DNA from: Lingula anatina
Lineage: Eukaryota > Animalia > Brachiopoda
NCBI GenBank assembly: GCA_051362555.1
Contig: CM120641.1
Span: 38,756,401 to 38,820,400, forward strand
Length of the DNA: 64,000 nucleotides
Reading direction: 5' to 3'
A program made the position numbers and the translations under genes. Of the stretch, positions 1-12,000 are shown one piece after another; position 1 is the first letter of the stretch, and every line of letters begins with the position of its first letter. The notes below the pieces were generated by a model, which was not told the DNA's origin, did no database searches, and was given only the letters and a program-made list of their open reading frames with translations.

Positions 1-3000
1 AGATGGATGAAGGGAAACTCTTCCAACATGAAGGGCAGAATATTATCTTCACCAACCCTGACTGGAATGGCAAATGTGCTTGATTTTAAGGTGAATTTTA
101 GGATACAAGGTACACAAATGTCATCAGCGCACAGTATAACAGAGGATTTCCCTGAATAACAATCTGTTCATTTGATGATGCAATTTAAGTCAATTTCTAT
201 TTTGAATCAGGCAGTGTTCAAGCACTTCTAAAAAAAGAACCAAAAGTTTAAATAAGACACTTATGTAAACAAACTCATTAACTTGAAACAATTTCCTCAA
301 AAATAGAAAATAATCTAATCTTTTATGTTATATAATAATATATATAATAATAATAATAATCTTTATTGGGAAATCGCAACCCGAAGGTTGAAGTTATACA
401 ATTATGTCATTTTTAATTTATTATTAAATGAAATGAATATTTAAGTCAAGGAAGCCTGGTCATTTTTGCACTGGTGCACTCTGTAGACGGTCTCACCTCC
501 CTGGGGAGGATACAGCTTGGCTGCCATATTAGGCGCTCAGAGCTAATATATCATTTCTACACTGCCTGACCAGGCCCCTGCTTCAACCCCTTAGTGCTGA
601 GTGCCAAGCGGGGAGACAGCAAGTACCGTTTATAAAGGACTGGTAGGTCCCCGGACGGGTTATGAACCCACGTCCTCCCGCTCCGGAGGCGGACACTCTA
701 ACCACAAGGCCATCCGGTCGGTAATATATATATCAACTTGACTAACTGCAGAATGTACTCACGTGGGTGTCTTCTGCCAAAATCAGGACTGCATGATGCA
801 CTTCTTTTTCTGCTTTTCTTTCCCAGCCCCTTACTGGAAGGTCTACCTCTACTTTCTCCTCCAACCACAGATGCTGTGTACTTTTTACTGGGTTTGTACT
901 TTGAGATTTGGGGACCTATTAGCACCCCTTTTCTGTAGACTCTTTCTTTTTCTGCGGTTTTCTTCTTCATAACTTTCATTTTGTGGCCCATTACATCCTT
1001 GAATTCATCAAGGTCTTGTCGATATTGGCTATCTAAAATCTGAAAATCAAAGCTGAGACTATAAGTGAGGAATGATGATTTGAGTGTTCTAAATGCTCTC
1101 AGATTCAGATAATTCCTTTAATTATTCATCTTGAATAAACTCTGAGTAAGAATTATATTGACATAAAGATTATGGTTTTTGAAAAAAAAAATAGTGGTCT
1201 CTTATCATGTCTTGTTAAAGCACAATTTACAAATGAGTTTTCTTTAACCATTTGTTGAAGTATAACATTTTAGTGTGAGCTAAGACTATGGAATGAATAT
1301 CACGTTTTATCTTTTCACTCCTTCCTTACCCTTGTTCTAGTCTTTTGCAAATTGTCCTCATCTAAAATCCTACTCCTAATCCTGGCATGTGCATCTGCCC
1401 CTGAACTTAGACGGCTGTCCTGAAAACGAACTTTCTTGGATGTTGGACGCAGGGGACTGAGGTCATCAGTGGCAAATTCCCTGAATAATCATTAATGGAG
1501 AACCTTATTGATATCAACTTTAATTTCAATAGATACATCACTTTAATTCATAATGTGAAGAATGGAATGCTTATCAAAATTACTCAAGGTGGTCACTTTA
1601 TAACCTTTTTTTAAACCCCAGTTTTTTTTAAATCTGAACCAGTCTCTTCTGTACTGTTCATTCTATACTACATGAGGGATTAAAAACTTTAGAAGCTATG
1701 CGTAGGCACAATATAAATTGCTGATTGATTAATTTTTGTCAACACATGTTCAAATGATTTGTGAGGACTTTTAAAAGAAACAAAAATTCAATATTTATTT
1801 TTTTGCATATACAGCCAGTATTCATTAAAAAAATAAAAATAAAAATGTGACTCTTTGCACTGTTTAAATCTTCCATATATACCTTTCTTTAGCTGACTCT
1901 CTGTAGTCCAAAAAACTGTCACTATGCTGAGACAGTTCATCATCACTCAGGTACACCTCATCCCTGTTGGGATTAACTCTTGGGGAGATGTTCTCGATAT
2001 TCTCTTTCTCTTTAAGATATCTCTGCAAGTCTTGGTGCATTTGCTTTTCTCTTCGTCTATAAAATAATGATAAATGATACCACAATGTATTTTTGTCACA
2101 ATGCCTGACACAGGCATTCTGTACAGAAACATAGATTATTTACAATCCAGTCTTTAAACCTTGTGAAAAGACTACAGTCATTTGAACATCATTTCACTTA
2201 TGGCTAGCTAATGTGCCTTTATAATGGCTTCAGCACAGTTGTAACAAAAACATTTAATACAACCCAAGTTCTTATAAAAATATCTCCACTAAGTCATGTT
2301 TTTAATATTTGGATAACAAATTTGTACACTTAACTTAATTAGCAATGAAACAACTTTTTTTAAATATTATGGCAAACTTATCAAACATTAGGTATCTCAT
2401 ATAAACTGCCAACTATGCACAGCAATGTTTTTGCATTCCATATCAACCTTGAGATCTAGGCAAGCACTAAGCAACATACCAGTCAAAAATATATGTCTGC
2501 TGAAGGCCAACTATGAGCCACTGGAAGGTTGGCAACACACAGTCTACTTTAAAATTGCAAAAAATGTGGACCAAATATAAAGAGGATAAATCTTTACAAT
2601 ACATACTTTCCCACTTCTGTCCGGACAGTTGCATGCATCCCTCTATCTGTCGGCTTATATGGATCATCAGTGGATCTCTCAGCAAGAGAGGAAACTTTTC
2701 TCTTGGGCTTTCTCCACTTTGCATCTTCTCTCTGTGACGCATTTTTCACCTCAATAGACTCTCTAAGAATTTTGTCTGATTCTTTGCGTAACTGGACTGT
2801 TGTTCTATGAAGGTCCTTGAGTGACTGACTGTAATGCATGTAATACGGTACAGCCTTATTTCCTGAACACATACAACTGAATAATTTCTTAAAAATTCCA
2901 AGGTACAATAATAATATAACTTCTATAACAAGCATTGCAAACTGATGTGTTGAGATTCTGTTAATCTAATGACAGTTAAGACTAAGATCAGCCAGTCAGT

Positions 3001-6000
3001 CTACGTAACATGACTTGCCAATAGTGATAGATTTCTCAACAAATTCACAAACCTTTTATAAACCTTGTCTTTTACTATCATACAAAGAATCCTGTATATC
3101 AACATTTTAAATTATATTTTAACAGTTAACTTGAAATAAAAAAATCTCTTGATACCCTAATCTATCAGGTACATCAATGACTGGACTCTTAGTGGGACTT
3201 TTACGAACTGCATCTCGAGACATGTGAACCGTGTCTGCCATCAGATTTTCCAGGTTGTCATAAGTATGGGAACTTGAAGGGCCAGGTTTTGAATATAAAG
3301 TATCTCTAAAAATAACAGATGAACAAAACATGTACAGCTCTCAACACTGCTATGAGTCGTACCTGTACAAAAACTGTACATATCATGAAACTCTCTCTTT
3401 TGATACATGGAGTTCAATAAATACATATAATGCTTCTTACTGGTTACTTATTATTGTTATACATTTGTCATACAGTTACTGACATGTGCTAGGCAACATC
3501 CTGATGATAGGACAAATTAGTTTTGGAAAAAAATAAAAGCACTGGAAAAAAGACTGGGACCATGGGATGAGTTTATTTTATATCATGTGTGATCAGGAAT
3601 CACTTCATCAGTGTCCATATCTTACCTCTCAGCTGTAGTGGCTATTGGAATAGTAGAACCATATAGTCTAGGGGCAGTTCCTGGTCAGAAAAAAATCAAT
3701 TCTAGATAACATGGAAATGATAAAGTCACATAACTCTTTCATAACCAAAACACCTCACCTTTCTTTTAATTATGTCATACTCAACTTAAATAGAACCATC
3801 TCTTACAGTCTGTTTTACAGAAAATGCTGGACCTCTTGAATATTAGGAGTTCAAGACTTTAGAGTAATTGTCTTACTTGATACCACCGACTACTATATGT
3901 GGAAGTAAAATATTTAGTATGACATAATAAGTTCTTAAATGGCACTGTAGGAGGATTGTTAGGTCTATAACTGCAGAAATATCAAGGAAACCTAATGTTA
4001 AACATATTTAGGTACATTCTTGTAGACATTTATAAATTCATTACAATTTCATCATATTGTAGCCAGTTAAGAGTACTCACATGTATTTTAGTCAAATTTG
4101 CGACTGACTTCAGTCTTCATGCAGTAGATGTCGTAATGAAGACTAAAGAAGTGGGGCAAATATTTGACAAAGAAAAAAAAATACATGTACTAAATGTAAC
4201 TGTCTGTAAAATGTTAAAAAATAAAAATCAATATAATGTTTATTTAGAGTATAAACCATAGAGTAATAGTAACTACTTTACCTGTACTGTTTGGCATGAA
4301 AGACCTTTCAGTGTCTCTCCTTGTTGACAATGGCATAGAAGCTGATAGTGAGGGTACAGCAGGACCTTCAGGGAAAAAAAGGATTCAAAGTCCTTTTAGA
4401 AACAAATACTTGTGAATTCAGAAGTATGTACCACATGCTGAGTTAAAAAATTAAGAAGATGATATGCATCTAATATGAAGCTCGGAGTAGATAAATGTAG
4501 AAAGTGACAGATAAATCTGAATGAAACCAAGAATATAGTATTTTGCATTTACATGATTTACTTTGAAACTGGTAAGACCAGTGTATTTAACTAGATGTCT
4601 TTTTTGCCAGTCTCACAAAGTTAAAAACAGTATTATGGAGACAATCATGAAACTCTCTCCTTTGAACTAACCTTTCCTCTGTTCACTGGGAACATAATAA
4701 TGGTACAAGTGATGAGTGAAAGTTTTCTTTGTATTTTCAACACCATCAGATCTTTTCTCCGTCTTTTCAGTCTCTAAATGCTCTGCAGGGGGCGAGTCTG
4801 GTTTTGGCCTAAGCCCTAAATCTCCAAAGTCTCTAAAAGCTTGAGGCTGTTTAGAAGTATCTGGAACCTTTGGGGGTGAAACTACAGGGCTGTCTTTAGG
4901 ATCCTATGGAAATTTTCAAAAAAAAAAAGCTTTTTTTCAGCTAGATTTAAATGTTTAAAATGTATAGATACATGGGTTGTAATACAAAACAGGACAATCA
5001 ACTAAAAAAAAACTCTAGACTAAAAACACCATAAGATCTTGTGATAGTATGCAGATAAGAATCCCTTGAGACATTAAAATTTTTCATTACAACATATATA
5101 TTATCAAAGTTGCAAAAAAGCAACAGATTGTAGAACAATGCCCTGTATCTATAGTGGCTACAGAACTTGAAACTGTTACCTTTGCAGGAAAAAAACCATC
5201 TCTCTGTCTATCCATCCTTCCTTCACTGTGAACCAATCTGTTTCTGTTTTTTTCTGTTGTAGTTGACGCCGTTGTTACTGTGGAAGTAGGGGCTGTTGTT
5301 CTTACTTTCCTTTCAGGGAAGGACTGAACAAAGCTATGTCCATCAGAGACACCCCTTTGTCTATACACTTCCCCTGTGCTAGAATCAGGGTGCAATTTTT
5401 CTGGTTTCATCCTGCTGGTTTCATATCTCCCATGGCTATGTCCTAGTGATTTTGGATCAGGTTTATCATATTCTTGCTCCCATCTTTTCTGAATTTGCTC
5501 ACTTTCCCTGATTAACTGCAAAGTAGAGTCGTTCTCCTTGCCTAGAAATTGAAAACCAACAGAAAAAAGTAATGCTAATATGTGTGAATAAGGATAACTA
5601 GACACATATTCAAGCACTTTTTTAAATATTATTCTGTACTTTTAACAAGTCAGCAAAGCTGTCAAATGTACAGACAAAAAAACAGGCAATAACTATGCAG
5701 AAAATAGGCTACTGTCAATTCTGATGCAAAAGTAAATTATGTTAAACTGCAAATTCAACATCAAATTTAAATTATGCTCAACAGGTAATACCAATGTAAG
5801 TAAAATGTGTAACAAGTTAACACTTTGAAAATGTTTAACCTCCAGAAAAAGAAGCCAATTAGACTGCTTTTCAAACTCAGGCTGCATTTTAGTCCTGTAT
5901 TTCTTTTTAGAAAGTTAGGCAATCATAAGTAACATGGTTTTCCCATAATGGTCCTCATGGCAGCAGCACGTTTTTTTCAAATTTTGATGCAATATTACAT

Positions 6001-9000
6001 AATGTTTAACAGCATAATGACCATCAATTTTAATAATAAAATATTTGTATTATGGATATTCAGAAAATGTGACTAGCAAAGGTCTTTAGGCCCATGGAAC
6101 TTCAAAGTCACAACAACAAAAAAAGCATAACTACTACAATAGTTGCCCCGATCATGCTGATTTTCGAACATGACCTGCGTTTTATGAATATTCATCAGCT
6201 TTGTAAATATATAGCCAAAAAGTAAAACTGCCTTCCACTTATCGTGTTTACAATGAAAGTGCATGGCGTCGGCGACAGAGACAGTGACGGCGACGACAGA
6301 CGCAGGTGATGGCAATATGTACAGACACATCTGTGCATATTTACTGTTTTGTTTGAGACCAGTAAGTGACATGGTTTTTCTTAAATGGTCATTATGGGAG
6401 CAGTGCCCAAAATAGGTTTTTTTCAAATTTTGATGCAATATTACATAATGTTTAACAGCATAATGACCATCAATTTTTAATAATAAAATATTAGTATCAT
6501 GGATATTCAGAAAATGTGACTAGCAAAGGTCTTCAGGCCCATGGAACTTCAAAGTCACAACTTGAAAATGCCAAAATGTAAACAAGACAGCACTGTTCTG
6601 AAATGGGTTTTTTTTTTATTTTTAACAATTTTTTTAACATAAAACAAAATTAACAGGTTACTGCCATTTTTATACGATCAACTAAGAAAATTGATGACAT
6701 GGGAAAAATATCAATACAACAGTGCTGAATGTCCAATTTCCTCCATTCTGAGATTCTGAACATAGTGAATGATTGAATCTGACAAACTGCAATGATATGA
6801 GTTTATTTCCATTTTTGAAACTTTATTACACAATACACGATAACAAGCTTACCATCATTTTTACAAAATCAACTAATAATGTTGTAAAGATGCAGGAAAT
6901 GTCAACCAAACACTTTTACATATCTTATTAGTTCAATAATGAGACTGTTAACATGCCTAAGAGTTGAATCTGAGGAAATGTGAAAAAACAGCATAACTTC
7001 TAAAATAATGCCCCGATTATGCTGATTTTCGAACTCAACCTACATTTTAGTAAGACTGACCACTCCTGTGAGTTTAATGACAATTGGCCTATCTGTTTTT
7101 CTTATATTGTGTTTACAGTGTTGCATATATGCTGAAAAATGAACAAGACAGCACTGTTCTGAAATGGGTTTATTTCCATTTTTAACACTATTTAAACATA
7201 AAACAAAATAAACAGTTTACTGCAATTTTTTTATGATCAACTAAGAAAATTGATGAGATGGGGAAAATATCAAAAGAACAGTGTTAAATGTCCATTTTCC
7301 TCCATTCTGAGATTCTGAACAAAGTGAATGATTGAATCTGACAAACTGCAATGATATGAGTTTATTTCCATTTTTGACACTTTATTACACAATACATGAT
7401 AACAAGTTTACCATCATTTTTACATAATCAACTAACAATGTTGTAAACATGCAGGAAATGTCAAACAAACACTTTTATGTATCTTATTAGTTCAATAATG
7501 AGACTGTTAATATGCCTAAGAGTTGAATTTGAGGAAATGTGAAAAAACAGCATAACTTCTAAAATAATGGCCCAATTATGCTGATTTTCGAACTCAACCT
7601 GTGTTTTAGTAAGATTGCCCACTCCTGTGAGTTTAATGACAATTGGCCTATCTGTTTTTCTTATATTGTGTTTACAGTGTTGCATATATGCTGAAAAATG
7701 AAAAAACAGCATAACTACTAAAATAGTGGCCCGATCATGCCGATTTATGAACTTGACCTGCGTTTTAGTAAGATTGATTACTCCTGTGAGTTTCATGACA
7801 ACAGGCCTAACGGATTTCCTTAAAATGTGTTTACAGGGTTGCATATATGCTGAAAAAAGAAAAAACAGCATAACTTCTACAATAATGGCCCGATCATGCT
7901 GATTTTCGAACTTGACCTGCGTTTTATGAATATTCATCAGCTCTGTAAATATAAAGGCCAAAAAGTAAAACTGTCCTCCACTTATCGTGTTTACAAGGAA
8001 AGTGCACGGCATCGGCGACGGCATCGGCATCGGCATCGGCGACGACAGACGCAGGTGATGGCAATATGTACAGACACATCTGTGTCTGTACATAAAAATA
8101 CAAAAACAGCCTTGCACTTACTCATGTGATGTACAGAGCTCTGAGCTACTGGGTAATGTAATGGCTGTGGGGCACTGGTAGCTGATGTCATTGTGGCAGG
8201 GGGCCTACTACCACCACTGCCCTGTCCACCTGGTATATGTCCCCTAAAACTATCACTCTCCCCAAGGGCAATCAGGTCTTTAGTGGTGTCCACTTCTGTC
8301 TTGGATGCTGTAGGTTTCCTGATTAGGATACAAAATAATTGTTTTCAATGTATCATTTCAGTTACTACAAATACTGCTGAATTTTTATATTAAATTAGGT
8401 TTCAACTTGATCTCATTCACACAAGAAGCGACAACATTCCACACTAATACAAGAATGTGAGCTTCATAATATGATTAAAATTAAAAATCTAATGGTATCT
8501 AGATTTCCAATTATATCATATTCAAGTATGTAATGGATTCTGCCTTTGTATTTTTGCAGATAAAACCAATATAATTAATATAATTTAATCATGCAGCGTA
8601 TGACAGTTATCTGTACCACTTTTGACCATCTTTATGAATAACATGAAATCAAAGTTTTTCTGATTAGATACCTTAATAGCAGATAACACTATTTCAGACT
8701 TAAAAGTGAGAATTTTAACCCATACTGTGACTCTTGATCCTTCCCAAGTTCTCTCTCAAGAATACCATTCAGCACTTCTGGTGTCAAGGCATCAGGGTCT
8801 TCTTCTTCCAAATAACCTGGGTTTTCTTAAAAAATACGAAGTACTATAATGCTTAGACCAAATTATCAAATATGGAATTTAATCACAGTAAAAAACAAGG
8901 CAGCAAAGCTGTCAAATGTACAGACAAAAAACAGGAAATAACTATGCACAAAATAGGCTACTGTCAATTCTGATGCAAAAGTACATTATGTTAAACTGCA

Positions 9001-12000
9001 AATTCAACATCAAATTTTAATTATGCTCAAGCAGCACCCAAAATTGTGTTTTCTTCTATTCTGATGCAATATTACATAATGGTTAACAGCATAATGACCG
9101 TCAATTTTTAATAATAAAATATACATGGATTTTCAGAAAATGTGACTAGCATGGGTCTTCAAGCCCGTGGAACTTCAAAGTTACACCTTGAAAATGCCAA
9201 TATGTGAAAAATTAAATTTTCACAAAAAAACTGTTTAACTGGCAGTAAGAATTACCAAACAGACTGCATTGCCTACTGAAGCTGTATTTTAGTCCCATGT
9301 TTCTTTCCTGTAAGTTTGAGAACAGTAAGTGACATGGTTTTTCTTAAATGGTCATCATTGGGGCAGTGCCCAAAATAGTTTTTTTTTTTCAAATTTTGAT
9401 GCAATATTACATAATGTTTAACAGCATAATGATGAGTATTATGGATATTCAGAAAATGTTACTAGCAAAGTTCTTCAGGCCCATGGAACTTCAAAGTCAC
9501 AACTTGAAAATGCCAAAATGTAAACAAGACAACACTGTTCTGAATTTTTTTTTTCCATTTTTAACAATTTTTAACATAAAACAAAATTAACAGTTTACTG
9601 CCGTTTTTATATGATCAACTAAGAAAATTGATGAGATGGGAAAAATATCAATAGAGCAGTGTTAAATGTCCAATTTCTTCCATTCTGAGATTCTGAACAT
9701 AGTGAATGTCAATGATTGAATCTGACAAACTGCAATGATATGAGTTTATTTCCATTTTTTGAAACTTTATTACACAATACACGATAACAAGTTTACCATC
9801 ATTTTTACATAATCAACTAACAATGTTGTAAAGATGCAGGAAATGCCAAACAAACACTTTTACGTGTCTTACTAATTAAATAATGAAACATGCATGTTAA
9901 CATGCCTAAGAATTAAATCTGAGGAAATGTGAAAAAACAGCATTTCTTCAAAATAATGGCCCGATTAAGCTGATTTTTAAACTCAACCTGCGTTTTAGCA
10001 GGAATGACCACTCCTGTGAGTTTACTGACAATTGGCCTATCTGTTTTTCTTATTTTGTGTTTACAGTGTTGCATATATGCTGAAAAGTGAAAAAAAAAAA
10101 AGCATAACTAAAATAGTGGCCCGATCATGCCTATTTTCTAACTTGACCTGCGTTATAGTAAGATTGATTACTTCTATGAGTTTCATGACAACAGGCCTAA
10201 CGGTTTTCCTTGAAATGTGTTTACAGTGTTGCATATATGCTGAAAAATGAAAAAACAGCATAAGTTCTACAATAATAGCCCGATCATGCTGATTTTCGGA
10301 CTTGATCTGCGTTTTATGGATATTCATCAGCTCTGTAAATATACAGCCAAAAAGTAAAACTGCCTTCCACTTATCGCATTTACAATGAAAGTGCACGGTG
10401 ACAGTGACAGTGATGGCAACGCCAGCCAAGACAGACGCAGGTGATGGCAATATGTACAGACACATCTGTACATATTTACTGTACTGTTTGAGAACAGTAA
10501 GTGACATGGTTTTTATGTACAGACACAGATATGTGTCTGTACATATTGCCATCACCTGCGTCTGTCGTCGCCGTCGCCGTCGTCGCTGTCGCCGTCGCCG
10601 TCGTCGCCGTGCACTTTCCTTGTAAACACGATAAGTGGAAGACAGTTTTACTTTTTGGCTTTATATTTACAGAACTGATGAATATTCATAAACTGCAGGT
10701 CAAGTTCGAAAATCAGCATGATCGGGCCATTATTGTAGAAGTTATGCTGTTTTTTCACTTTTCAGCATATATGCAACACTGTAAACACATTTCAACAAAA
10801 ACCAATAGGCCTGTTGTCATGAAACTCACAGGAAAAATTGATCTTACTAAAACGCAGGTCAAGTTCGAAAATCGGCATGATCGGGCCACTATTTTAGTAG
10901 TTATGCTTTTTTTTCACTTTTCAGCATATATGCAACACTGTAAACACAATATAAGAAAAACAGATAGGCCAATTGTCATTAAACTCACAGGAGTGGTCAT
11001 TCCTGCTAAAATGCAGGTTAAGTTCAAAAATCAGCATAATCGGGCCATTATTTTAGAAGTTATGCTGTTTTTTACATTTCCTTAGATTCAATTCTTAGGC
11101 ATGTTAACAGTTTCATTATTTAATTAATAAGATATGTAAAAGTGTTTTTTTGACATTTCCTGCATCTTTACAACATTGTTAGTTGATTTTGTAAAAATGA
11201 TTTTAAACTTGTTATTGTATATTGTGTAATAAAGTTTCAAAAATGGAAATAAACTCATATCATTGCAGTTTGTCAGACTGAATCATTCACTATGTTCAGA
11301 ATCTCAGAATGGAAGAAATTGGACATTTAACACTGCTCTATTGATATTTTTCCCATCTCATCAATTTTCTTAGTTGGTCATATAAAAATGGCAGTAAACT
11401 GTTTATTTTGTTTTATGTTAAAAATTGTTAAAAATGGAAATAAACCCATTTCAGAACAGTGCTGTCTTGTTTACATTTTGGCATTTTCAAGATGTGACTT
11501 TGAAGTTCCATGGGCCTGAAGACCTTTGCTAGTCACATTTTCTGAATATCCATAATACTAATATTTTATTATTAAAAATTGATGGTTATTATGCTGTTAA
11601 AAATTATGTAATATTGCATCAAAATTTGAAAAAAACCTAATTTGGGCACTGCTCCCATTGTGACCATTTAAGAAAAACCATGTCAATTACTGTTCTCAAA
11701 CAGTACAGTAAATATATATAAATGTGTCTGTACATATTGCCATCACCTGCGTCTGTTGTTGCCATCATCGCCGACGCCGGCGCCTTGCACTTTCATTGTA
11801 AACATGATAAGTGGAAGGCAGTTTTACTTTTGGGCTTTATATTTATAGAGCTGATGAATATTCATAAAATGCAGGTCAAGTTGGAAAATCAGGATGATCG
11901 GGCCATTATTGTAGAAGTTATGCTGTTTTTTCACTTTTCAACATATATGCAACACTGTAAACACATTTCAAGGAAAATCGATAGGCCTGTTGTCATGAAA

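Noticed and set aside
524-533. Exact c-fos-type CArG box CCATATTAGG
   Set aside because: A single site inside the SINE body with no supporting motifs; likely incidental.
640-722. tRNA-like sequence on the minus strand
   Set aside because: The acceptor stem does not close properly and it runs into SINE core domains, so it is a SINE head rather than a tRNA gene.
10696-11060. Regularly spaced repeats resembling a CRISPR array
   Set aside because: Whole 159-bp units are repeated with no unique spacers, the context is eukaryotic and intronic, and there are no cas genes.
10501-11085. Repeated 100-220 aa ORFs (MCLYILPSPASVV...QVKFENQHDRAII) at about ten places, looking like a novel repeat-protein family
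   Set aside because: They lie within the HINE and arise because the tandem unit is 159 bp (53 codons). Frames break at different places in different copies, with no splice or domain evidence. Treated as non-coding.
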